Assembly: GCA_963663865.1 (NCBI GenBank)
Contig: OY760686.1
Coordinates: 1,760,001 to 1,824,000, forward strand
DNA length: 64,000 nucleotides
From: Spirochaetota bacterium
GTDB taxonomy: Bacteria > Spirochaetota > UBA4802 > UBA5550
Reading direction: 5' to 3'
Below, in pieces: positions 38,718-47,535 of this stretch. The notes under the pieces are model-generated. The model saw nothing but the letters and a program-made list of their open reading frames with translations, had not been told where the DNA came from and did no database searches. The position numbers were made by a program, and so were the translations under genes. Position 1 is the first letter of the stretch, and every line of letters starts with the position of its first letter.

Positions 38718-41700
38718 CTGGCCTTTTTCTCTTCTTTTTCCTGACGGTTTTTTCGGGAACTTCCTGTGAGGATTTCGCCCGCTCTTTTTCAGCGAATTCC
38801 TCTCTTATGATTCTCTCCCTTGTCATGTCTTCTTCGCAAAGCATGTTGTTCGCTGCAGGCCTGAATCGTTTTTCGATGAATTCACGGAACCTGTCAATGT
38901 ATTCAAACGCGGCGGGTACCATAATAAGCGTAATGAGCGTTGATATTATGAGGCCGCCAATTACGGCTACTCCCATTCCGGTGCGGTACTTTGCTGCAGC
39001 TCCGATTCCAAGGGCAACAGGCAGAGTCCCTGCAAGCATGGAGAGCGTTGTCATGAGAATCGGTCTCAGCCTTATCAGTCCGGCGTTGTAGATTGCCTCC
39101 TTTCTCGTCATGCCCGTGCGTATTCCTTCAAGAGCGAAGTCGACAAGGAGGATTGAGTTCTTGGTTACAATGCCCAGGAGCATGATTATGCCTATCATCC
39201 CGAACATGTCCATCATCTTGCCGGTTACGATGAATGCGTAAAAGGCCCCGGAAAGCGCGGGAGGCAGCGCTATCAGAATGGTCACAGGCGTGATAAATGA
39301 TTCATACAGGCTCGCCAGAACAAGATAGATAAATAAAATGGACAGAAAGAAAGCCATAATGATATTTTTTACCATGTCCTGGAAGCTGTCAGCCTGACCG
39401 ATGAATGAATAGGATACTCCTTCGGGCAGGGGCAGCTCTTCGTTTACAATCTGATGTGTGCGGCTAAGCGCGTTGCCCAGCGCCCCGTCAGGAGCAATGT
39501 TTGCCATAACCTGTACAATGCGCGCCCTTTCCTGACGGAGAATACGGGCGGGGCCTTCAGTTGATATACCTTCCGCTACAGCGTTGAGCGGTATCATGCG
39601 GTTTTGTATGTTAGGAATCTTTGTGTTTTCAAAGGCGCTCTTGAGATTGCGCTGTTCCGGTTTCAGTCTGACCCTGATATCGTATTCAAGCCCGCCTGAG
39701 TGGTACTTGCCCGCCAGGCCGCCTTCAATCTGATAGCGCAGCTCAAGGCCTGCCAGCCTCTGGCTCACTCCAACCTCTTCAAGCCTGCGCGGGTCGAGAT
39801 GTACCTGAAATTCAGGTTTGCCCGGTTCAAAGCTTGTCGTTACTTCAGTGAGGTCGGGAATTGCCTTGAGCTTTTCTATCACCTTTTCGGCGTATTCGTT
39901 AAGAACATCAAGATTCTCACCTTTTATTATGAGCACATATGGCTTGTTGGATCCGCCTCCGGCGACCCGGCTGTAGTTGTCAACAGCCGGCTTGGCATAG
40001 CTGTATTTCGCGAGAATTTTTCTCAGCTCCTGCTTTATCCCAGCCGTGTCGCGCGTTCGCTCTTCTCTGGGGACAGCGAACATTCCTATGGAAGCTACAT
40101 TGGCCTGCCCCTGGTCGTTTCCGGCCTGAAGGGTGAAAAAGTCAAGTTCCGGAAGCGACTTTAGCTCTTCAGCGATTTTGAGGGCCGTTTCGTATGAACC
40201 GTTGAGACTTGTGTCAGGAGGAAGCTGGAGGTTGATGAGAAACTCTCCCTCATCGGGGTCAGGCTGAAAGGTTTTTTTAACAGTCCCGAAGGCATAAACG
40301 CTGCCGATGAACACAGCAAGGGTAATGAGTATTATAAAAAGGGGATGATTTAGCGAGAAGCGAATAACGCTGCCGTATCCTCTTTCAAGAAAGGACTGAA
40401 GACGTTCAAAGGACTTGACCACAAAGTTGTTGTCCTTCTTTCCGCTGCCCGCGAAGTACCCGCTTAAAAGCGGAGCTACCGTCAGGGCGTCGAAAAGGCT
40501 GATTGAAATAGCAAAAACAATTGTTAAACCAAACTGCTTGAAAAAACGGCCGATTACCCCTTCAAGAAAGGCTATCGGGAAAAAAACAGCAATGATTGTA
40601 AGCGTTGTGGCTATTACAGCGAGCATGACCTCGGTAGTGCCTATCTCCGCTGCTCTCATGGAGCCGCAGCCGCCTTCGAGCTTCCTGAATATGTTCTCGC
40701 GTACAACAATGGCGTCATCAACCAGAAGGCCGATTGTAAGCGACAGAGCGAGAAGGGTCATGATGTTCAGCGTAAAGCCCATAAAGTACATGAGAACAAA
40801 TGCGCCGAGCAGGCTGTTCGGTATAGCGATACTTGTTATGATGGTTGACCTGACATTTCCGAGGAAAAGATAAACAACAAATATGGCGAGGATGATGCCG
40901 ATTATCATGGTCTCGAAAACGTCATCAATGTTGCGTCTGATGTGTTTGGCTGTGTCGTACACGAAGATGAGCTGCGGGTTGCCTTTGCCCTTTGACAGGA
41001 CCTGGTTGATGCGTCCGAGCCGTTCCATGACCCCGTCGCTTACGGCAACAGTATTGCCTCCGGACTGCTTGAATACATCGATAAGCAGGCAGGGCCTCAT
41101 ACCGCGGTCAGCTCTGTTCTTCGAGTCGGCCTGCTCATCCGCGGCGGAAGTGTTTCCGGCGGTAAATGGATAGTATATGTATGATATTGTGTTTAAATCT
41201 TCGGTGCCGTCAACTACGCGGCCAATCCGGTCAACTGTCACAGAGCTGTTAACATCCCCACCAAACGAAACGACGGCCTTCTGTATCTGGTCGAGGTCTG
41301 TGAATTGGCCGACAGTCCGGAACAGAGTGCTTCTGCCGTTGCTGTCATGTTTGCCGATAGGAACATTTGCTCCTGAATTGGAGAGCCTGTTCACCACGGT
41401 CGAGGTTGATATCTCGTATTCGTTGAGCCTGTTCCGGTCAAGTTCAACCTGAATCTCGCGCCTCGTTCCGCCTGAGATACGGACTTCGCCGACCCCGCTG
41501 ACCTGCTCAATGATGGGCTTAAGCTCTTCTTTCGCGAGATCGTAGAGCTCTGCCGGCTTAATGTCGGCAACAAGCGCGAAAGTCAGGATTGGCATATCGG
41601 TAAAGTCGAACTGTCTGACAACGGGTTCGTCAAGAAGGTCGGCTGGAAGGTTGTTGCGGGCCAGGGCGACTTTTTCACGCATCTTCTCTTCGGCGTACTG

Positions 41701-42003
41701 GATGTCGGTTTCGTAGTCGAACTCGGCGATAACGACGGACATGCCCTCGTTGTTTCTTGACGACAGGCGTTCAATCCCGGCGATGGAGCTGACCTGTTCC
41801 TCGATTGGCTTTGTGATAAGCTCCTCAATCTCAGTGGGTGTTGCGCCCGGATACAATGTCGATACGGTTACAACAGGAAAGTCAATCGGCGGGAAGAGAT
41901 CGACTCCGATTCTTCCGAGCGAGATTAAACCCAGTACAATCATGATGATGACGATGCAGGAAATAAAGATAGGGCGCTTTAGAGAGAGCCTTGCTATATT
42001 CAT
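38704..42003 (-). CDS. RND efflux permease (AcrB/SwrC-like)
   Basis: 'LSLKRPIF', 'LFPPIDFP', 'GLLVDDAIVVREN', 'LYESFITP', 'GIVTKNSILLVDF', 'RLRPILMTT'. Start moved to ATG 42003. Confidence 0.94.
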   Translation of the reverse strand: MNIARLSLKRPIFISCIVIIMIVLGLISLGRIGVDLFPPIDFPVVTVSTLYPGATPTEIEELITKPIEEQVSSIAGIERLSSRNNEGMSVVIAEFDYETDIQYAEEKMREKVALARNNLPADLLDEPVVRQFDFTDMPILTFALVADIKPAELYDLAKEELKPIIEQVSGVGEVRISGGTRREIQVELDRNRLNEYEISTSTVVNRLSNSGANVPIGKHDSNGRSTLFRTVGQFTDLDQIQKAVVSFGGDVNSSVTVDRIGRVVDGTEDLNTISYIYYPFTAGNTSAADEQADSKNRADRGMRPCLLIDVFKQSGGNTVAVSDGVMERLGRINQVLSKGKGNPQLIFVYDTAKHIRRNIDDVFETMIIGIILAIFVVYLFLGNVRSTIITSIAIPNSLLGAFVLMYFMGFTLNIMTLLALSLTIGLLVDDAIVVRENIFRKLEGGCGSMRAAEIGTTEVMLAVIATTLTIIAVFFPIAFLEGVIGRFFKQFGLTIVFAISISLFDALTVAPLLSGYFAGSGKKDNNFVVKSFERLQSFLERGYGSVIRFSLNHPLFIILITLAVFIGSVYAFGTVKKTFQPDPDEGEFLINLQLPPDTSLNGSYETALKIAEELKSLPELDFFTLQAGNDQGQANVASIGMFAVPREERTRDTAGIKQELRKILAKYSYAKPAVDNYSRVAGGGSNKPYVLIIKGENLDVLNEYAEKVIEKLKAIPDLTEVTTSFEPGKPEFQVHLDPRRLEEVGVSQRLAGLELRYQIEGGLAGKYHSGGLEYDIRVRLKPEQRNLKSAFENTKIPNIQNRMIPLNAVAEGISTEGPARILRQERARIVQVMANIAPDGALGNALSRTHQIVNEELPLPEGVSYSFIGQADSFQDMVKNIIMAFFLSILFIYLVLASLYESFITPVTILIALPPALSGAFYAFIVTGKMMDMFGMIGIIMLLGIVTKNSILLVDFALEGIRTGMTRKEAIYNAGLIRLRPILMTTLSMLAGTLPVALGIGAAAKYRTGMGVAVIGGLIISTLITLIMVPAAFEYIDRFREFIEKRFRPAANNMLCEEDMTRERIIREEFAEKERAKSSQEVPEKTVRKKKRKRPDDRA

Positions 42004-42132
42004 GTTATCCCTTCGCTCAGCTGAAGTATTGTTGCCGCTGTATAGCTGTTGAGAACATGTCATCTTTGATATAAAATGAAATAATATTCAATATAAAAAA
42101 TAGACTGAAGGGAATTTTATTGAGTTAAGGGC

Positions 42133-42162
42133 AAAAAAAGAGGCTGCCTGAAAGACAGCCTC
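42133..42162 (-). terminator. Intrinsic terminator after adhE
   Basis: Minus strand reads GAGGCTGTC-TTTCA-GGCAGCCTC-TTTTTTT. Confidence 0.85.
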
Positions 42163-42186
42163 CGTATCTATATTAAACGAAGCAGC

Positions 42187-44781
42187 CTATGACAGCTTCC
42201 CTTCGTACGCATTAAGGTACATCTGCTTTATCTCTGAGATGAGCGGGTACCTCGGGTTCGCACCTGTGCACTGGTCGTCGAACGCGAGCTCGCACATGGT
42301 GTCAAGGGTTTCCATGAAAGCTTTCTCATCAACTCCGGCTTCTTTAATCGAGAGCGGGATATTGACTTTCTTTTTGAGCTCGTCTATCGCGTCGATAAGT
42401 CGCTGGACCTTGTCATCTGCAGTTTTCCCGCCAAGTCCAAGAAAATCAGCGATTTTCGCGTATCTTTCGCGAGCATTAGGATACTTGTACTGCGGGAAAG
42501 ATGCCTGTTTGATCGGAGCGTCCGTTGCATTGAACTTGATCGTGTGATTGATCAGTATTCCGTTTGCCAGACCGTGGGGCAGGTGGTGTTGAGCTCCGAG
42601 CTTGTGTGCCATTGAGTGGCAAACTCCAAGGAATGCGTTCGCGAAAGCTATTCCCGCGAGAGCTGAAGCGTAGTGCATTTTCTCTCTTGCCTTGAGGTCA
42701 GTCGCGCCGTTCTCGTAAGCGGACGGAAGGTACTTGAAGATCAGCCTCATGGCTTCGAGGGCAATTCCGTTCGTAAAGTCAGACGCGAGAACTGAAACAT
42801 AGGATTCAATCGCGTGAGTGAGCGCGTCAATGCCGGAGAAGGCTGTGAGTCCTTTCGGCATGCTCATTACAAGCTCGGGGTCGATGATCGCCATATTCGG
42901 TGTAAGTTCATAGTCGGCAATAGGATACTTGTGACCGGTTTTCTCGTCGGTAACAACGGCAAACGGTGTCACCTCGCTTCCCGTTCCCGATGTGGTCGGA
43001 ACGGCAACCATGACGGCCTTCTTGCCCATTGTCGGGAACTTGTAGATGCGCTTCCTGATGTCCATAAACCTGAGCGTGAGCCCTTCGAACTTTATGTCCG
43101 GATTTTCGTACATGAGCCACATTACCTTTGCCGCGTCCATTGGCGATCCGCCGCCGAGAGCGATAATAACGTCGGGCTGGAAGACGTTCATGATGGAAAG
43201 GCCCCTTGTGACAGTGGCGAGTGTAGGATCAGGTTCGACCTCGGCGAATATTTCGAAATCGATATTCAGTGTTTCAAGTACGTTCGTGATCTTGTCGGCG
43301 TAACCGAGGTCAAAAAGCGGCTTGTCGGTAACAATAAACGCTCTCTTCTTGTTTTCAAGCTCCTGAAGAGCGACTGGAAGCGAGCCGTATTTGAAGTATA
43401 TCTTTGGCGGAACTCTGAACCAGAGCATATTTTCTCTCCTTTCTGCGACGGTTTTAATGTTGATAAGGTGTTTAACGCCTACGTTCTCACTGACGCTGTT
43501 TCCTCCCCATGATCCGCAGCCGAGTGTCAGAGAGGGTTCAAGCCTGAAGTTGTAGATGTCACCGATGGCGCCGTGAGATGAAGGCATGTTTATAAGGAGA
43601 CGCCCCGTCTTAAGCCTCGCGCCGAAGCTTCTTACCCTGTCCTGGTTTTTCAGCTGGTCGGTGTATAGTACTGATGTGTGGCCCATGCCTCCGAACTCAA
43701 CGAGCTGTATTGCCTTCTCGACTGCATCTTCAAAGTTCTTTGCCCTGTAAAGCCCGAGAACTGGAGAGAGTTTTTCATGGGCGAATGATTCCTTATGGCC
43801 TATCTCTGAAGCCTCCCCAATGAGCACCTTGGCGGTTTCTGGGACCTTTATTCCGGAAAGCTTTGCGATTGTAAACGCGCTCTGTCCTACTATGGCAGCG
43901 TTCAGCTTTCCGTCCTGAATGATTGTTTTAGCGACTTTATTCTTTTCTTCTTTGTTGAGGATATATGCTCCGCGTTCCGCGAACTCCTTCTTAACCTCGT
44001 CGAAAACGTCATCAACAACAATGACGGTCTGCTCAGACGCGCAGATTACGCCGTTGTCGAATGTCTTGCTCATCAGGATGCTGTTTACAGCCATTTTCAA
44101 GTGAGCTGTTTCGTCGATAATGGCGGGAGTGTTTCCTGCTCCAACCCCGATGGCGGGCGTCCCTGACGAGTAGGCGGCCTTTACCATGCCGGGGCCTCCG
44201 GTTGCAAGGATGAGGTTGATATCATTATGCCTCATCAGCTGCTGGCTCATCTCTACCGTCGGCTCGTCTATCCAGCCGATAATGTTGTCCGGCGCTCCAG
44301 CTTTGTTGGCGGCTTCAAGCACAATCCTGGCTGCCTCAATGGTGCATCCCTTTGCTCTCGGGTGCGGTGAGAATATGATCGCGTTTCTTGTCTTAAGCGC
44401 GAGAAGCGCCTTGAAAATCGCTGTGGATGTAGGGTTTGTTGTTGGAACTACACCCGCTACGATTCCGATAGGCTCGGCAACCTTCTTGATTCCGAACGAA
44501 GGGTCCTCTTCGATGATGCCGCAGGTCTTGTCGTCCTTGTACTGGTTGTAGATGTACTCGGCGGCAAAGTGGTTCTTGATGACCTTGTCCTCGACGATTC
44601 CCATTCCAGTTTCAGCGACGGCCTGTTTCGCGAGCGATATGCGTGCCTCATTCGCTGCTATGGCCGCTCGCCTGAAAATCTCATCGACCTGTTCCTGTGA
44701 AAAAGTTGAATATGTCTTCTGGGCCTCTTTCACTTTTGCAATGAGCTTTTCAAGCTCTTCGGGGTTTGTTACTCTTGTCAT
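42187..44781 (-). CDS. adhE: Bifunctional acetaldehyde-CoA/alcohol dehydrogenase
   Basis: 864 aa. ALDH 'PTTNPTSTAIFK', 'ATGGPGMV', 'FDNGVICASEQ'. Linker 'GCGSWGGNSVSENV'. Fe-ADH 'GGGSPMD', 'DALTHAIE', 'HSMAHKLG'. Confidence 0.98.
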   Translation of the reverse strand: MTRVTNPEELEKLIAKVKEAQKTYSTFSQEQVDEIFRRAAIAANEARISLAKQAVAETGMGIVEDKVIKNHFAAEYIYNQYKDDKTCGIIEEDPSFGIKKVAEPIGIVAGVVPTTNPTSTAIFKALLALKTRNAIIFSPHPRAKGCTIEAARIVLEAANKAGAPDNIIGWIDEPTVEMSQQLMRHNDINLILATGGPGMVKAAYSSGTPAIGVGAGNTPAIIDETAHLKMAVNSILMSKTFDNGVICASEQTVIVVDDVFDEVKKEFAERGAYILNKEEKNKVAKTIIQDGKLNAAIVGQSAFTIAKLSGIKVPETAKVLIGEASEIGHKESFAHEKLSPVLGLYRAKNFEDAVEKAIQLVEFGGMGHTSVLYTDQLKNQDRVRSFGARLKTGRLLINMPSSHGAIGDIYNFRLEPSLTLGCGSWGGNSVSENVGVKHLINIKTVAERRENMLWFRVPPKIYFKYGSLPVALQELENKKRAFIVTDKPLFDLGYADKITNVLETLNIDFEIFAEVEPDPTLATVTRGLSIMNVFQPDVIIALGGGSPMDAAKVMWLMYENPDIKFEGLTLRFMDIRKRIYKFPTMGKKAVMVAVPTTSGTGSEVTPFAVVTDEKTGHKYPIADYELTPNMAIIDPELVMSMPKGLTAFSGIDALTHAIESYVSVLASDFTNGIALEAMRLIFKYLPSAYENGATDLKAREKMHYASALAGIAFANAFLGVCHSMAHKLGAQHHLPHGLANGILINHTIKFNATDAPIKQASFPQYKYPNARERYAKIADFLGLGGKTADDKVQRLIDAIDELKKKVNIPLSIKEAGVDEKAFMETLDTMCELAFDDQCTGANPRYPLISEIKQMYLNAYEGKLS

Positions 44782-44816
44782 GATTTGCTCTCCTTATATT
44801 TAATATTGCATGATAG

Positions 44817-45452
44817 CTATTTGATGCTGTACTGTCTTTCCTGAGCGTTTACGAAATAGATTACTGCCTCCATCTCCATCTCAAGGTTTACATTGGTTAT
44901 AATGAAGTCTTCAGGCGCCCTCAGCCGGATGGGGGCGAAGTTAAGAACACCCTTTATTCCGGCCCGTATCATGACATCAAGGACCGATTGGGCGAAAAGG
45001 TCCGGAACCGCTATGATGCCGGTTTTGATCCCGTTTTCCCTGATGTATTCTTCCATGTTCTCTACCGGAAGAACAGGCGGCTCCGCGGCGGCGTTGAGCT
45101 TTGTCCTGTCATTGTCAAAGACTGCGACAATGCTGATGCTCTCGTTCTTAAAGCCCTTGTAGGTCTCCATGGCTTTACCTATATGGCCGTAGCCGGCAAG
45201 AACCACCTTTTCTATCTCATTTTTTCCGAGGATATCGCCAAGTTTATCAAGGAGGTCTTCTATGTTGTAACCGCCCTTTTTGCTGCCTGTAATGTCGAAG
45301 AGCGAGAAGTCCTTCCTGACCTGTGACGGTGTAACTCCGATCGCGTCCGCGAGGTTGTCGGAGAATACCTTTTTGAATCCAAGTGTCCTCAGCCTCGACA
45401 GGGCCTTTCTGTATCTCGAAAGCCTCAAAATGCAGTTGCGGTTAGTCAGCAT
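44817..45452 (-). CDS. rex: Redox-sensing transcriptional repressor Rex
   Basis: 'RLSRY', 'SQVRKDFS...GSKKGGY', Rossmann 'LAGYGHIG', 'IIAVP..AQ', 'GVLNFAP'. AGAGGAG RBS favours ATG 45452. Confidence 0.93.
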   Translation of the reverse strand: MLTNRNCILRLSRYRKALSRLRTLGFKKVFSDNLADAIGVTPSQVRKDFSLFDITGSKKGGYNIEDLLDKLGDILGKNEIEKVVLAGYGHIGKAMETYKGFKNESISIVAVFDNDRTKLNAAAEPPVLPVENMEEYIRENGIKTGIIAVPDLFAQSVLDVMIRAGIKGVLNFAPIRLRAPEDFIITNVNLEMEMEAVIYFVNAQERQYSIK

Positions 45453-45520
45453 GTTTATCGCTCCTCTCTTATGTGTTAATGTACCAATACTTTTCATAGA
45501 TGAGTTTGGTCAAGCATATA

Positions 45521-45580
45521 AAGTTCATAAAAACACAAATAATGTGAAAAATATAACATAATATGTTACAATAAATCTAA
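45521..45580. promoter_or_regulatory. Array of Rex-operator-like boxes
   Basis: 18-mers AAGTTCATAAAAACACAA (45521), ATGTGAAAAATATAACAT (45542) and ATGTTACAATAAATCTAA (45563), compared with TTGTGAA-N4-TTCACAA. Confidence 0.65.
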
Positions 45581-45676
45581 AATATGGGCAAATTGTGATA
45601 TAAATAGACAATATAAGCGTATATGTTTAGATGTGAGGGTGTTAGTCGCGGCTGTCGGAAGAACAGTCTTTATTGC

Positions 45677-45708
45677 AAAAAAGACACCCTGCTTTAGACA
45701 GGGTGTCT
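45677..45708 (-). terminator. Intrinsic terminator after beta-barrel gene pair
   Basis: AGACACCCTG/CAGGGTGTCT hairpin with a T-tract on the minus strand. Confidence 0.85.
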
Positions 45709-45748
45709 CGATTCATACAAGCTTTGCGATGTTATGTTGTCTGAACCT

Positions 45749-46417
45749 TTAGTTGTAGGTTGCTGTTAAGGCTATCCCGTAGTAGAGATTGGATATGTTG
45801 TTAGGAAGACCCTGATCCTTCATGCTTGAGTAGCTGAAAACCCCCGCTATGCCGAGACCCCAGTTATCAGAGGTCCACCATTCCTTTCCGCATGAAATGG
45901 AAAAACCGTAACCGGTATCGCTTGAGCCCGTGGTTTCAACGCCTGAATCATTTGTGGTAATGCTTGCCTTTGTAATGTTGACTGACATGCCAAAGTAGAC
46001 ATTTGACGGGAGTATATAGTAGCTGAAGCCTAATCCCTGCGTTAAAGTGTCAGTAGTCATGTCTCTCGATTGTGCGGTTTCTTCTCCAAGTTTAAGCTCC
46101 GGATCTTCAAGGATATATATGCCCATTTCATAAAAAAGAACAATATTGGGGCTCAGTGATCCTCCGAACAAGAAATTGACATTGGTTCCGGTACCGCTCA
46201 TCTTGAGGTCGCTGTTGTAATCAAATTCTTCATAGTTGGTACTCTGGCTTCCGAAACCCATCATAAAACGGAAGAAAAAACCGTCATGGGTGTGGTAGCC
46301 GAATTCATGATTTTCTGATGTGTCCTGGGTGTTTTGCGAAAACGCGAATTCGGTGAAAAACATAAAAAGAGAGAAGAGAAAGCATACTGCAGTAATTTTT
46401 TTGAAATGGTACATCAT
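45749..46417 (-). CDS. Outer-membrane beta-barrel protein (paralog B)
   Basis: Signal peptide, 'GYHTHDGFFFRF', alternating strands, 'GKEWWTSDNWGLG', C-terminus 'GIALTATYN'. Confidence 0.75.
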   Translation of the reverse strand: MMYHFKKITAVCFLFSLFMFFTEFAFSQNTQDTSENHEFGYHTHDGFFFRFMMGFGSQSTNYEEFDYNSDLKMSGTGTNVNFLFGGSLSPNIVLFYEMGIYILEDPELKLGEETAQSRDMTTDTLTQGLGFSYYILPSNVYFGMSVNITKASITTNDSGVETTGSSDTGYGFSISCGKEWWTSDNWGLGIAGVFSYSSMKDQGLPNNISNLYYGIALTATYN

Positions 46418-46490
46418 GTCCTCCAGGCTGTTCTTTGTATTGATTACAGAAATGGCACTGTAATTTTCGGTTAACTTGATGAAATGTGAT

Positions 46491-47141
46491 TCAGTTGTAT
46501 GTCGCCGTCAGCGCAATTCCGAAGAAGTAGTTGCTTATGTGATTGGGAAGGCCTTCGTCCTTCATTCGCGAATAGCTGAGAATAGCCGCGAGACCTATGC
46601 CCCAGTCAGCTGACACCCATCTCTCCTGACCGGCTGTGAAGGTAAAACCGTAGCCGATTTCACTTGATCCGCTACCCTCATCGGTATCAGCAGTGATCCT
46701 GGCAAGGTCAAGACTAAGTGATAGATATGTGTTTGACGGCGTAAAGTGGTAGTTAGCTCCAAGGCCATCCGTTTTCAGTCTGTTGGTTAAACCGGAAGTG
46801 GAATAAGTCATTCCATCCTGTTCGAGCTTGGGGTTTTTCTGATTGATAATGCTGGTTTTATAGAAAAGTGAGATGTCAGGGGAAATGCTGGCTCCAACCT
46901 GGATTGACGCATTGAATCCAGGGCCACTGCAGGTAAATCCTGAAATCAGATCGGACTCTTCATAATTGGAGTTCAGATATCCGAAACCTCCCAGAAGCCT
47001 CAAAAAAAGGCCGTCATGTGTATGGTAGCCTGGCTCATTCGCAGCTGCAGATTCCGCTTCGTTTTCAGCGAATAAGGGGGCTGCTGTGAGTGTGACCAAA
47101 ATGAAGAGCAAGCATCTGTGAATAATTCTGTTTCGATACAT
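46491..47141 (-). CDS. Outer-membrane beta-barrel protein (paralog A)
   Basis: Signal peptide 'APLFA|EN', 'GYHTHDGLFLRL', 'GQERWVSADWGIG', C-terminus 'GIALTATYN'. Start ATG 47141 or TTG 47156. Confidence 0.75.
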   Translation of the reverse strand: MYRNRIIHRCLLFILVTLTAAPLFAENEAESAAANEPGYHTHDGLFLRLLGGFGYLNSNYEESDLISGFTCSGPGFNASIQVGASISPDISLFYKTSIINQKNPKLEQDGMTYSTSGLTNRLKTDGLGANYHFTPSNTYLSLSLDLARITADTDEGSGSSEIGYGFTFTAGQERWVSADWGIGLAAILSYSRMKDEGLPNHISNYFFGIALTATYN

Positions 47142-47535
47142 CCTGTCCGCCAGCAAGTCTGTTATATAAGGTTAATCCTTAATTACGTACACATGCTATG
47201 AAATTGCTTAAGCCTCAAGACCCTGTTGTGAAATACAACGTTTTATGCGATAATGAGAAATGTTGAGGCATATCGTTGAATATTCTTATAAATATAAAAT
47301 TCATGGTTTATAAAAAGTCAAACTTTTTTATTTTTCGATTTAATTTTGCTTAATATTGATTTCTGACAGAGGGTTTTCTGCTGTGAGAAAATAATCTTGA
47401 CAGTGGACAGGGCTCCCGGAATCTGTATGTTCCGGACGGTTTTCCGCCGCGGGATCTGCCCAGACCGCTCATTATTCTTCTAAAGGTTCAACAGGACGCT
47501 ATCCCGAAATTATAATTCTAATAATCATAGAGAGT

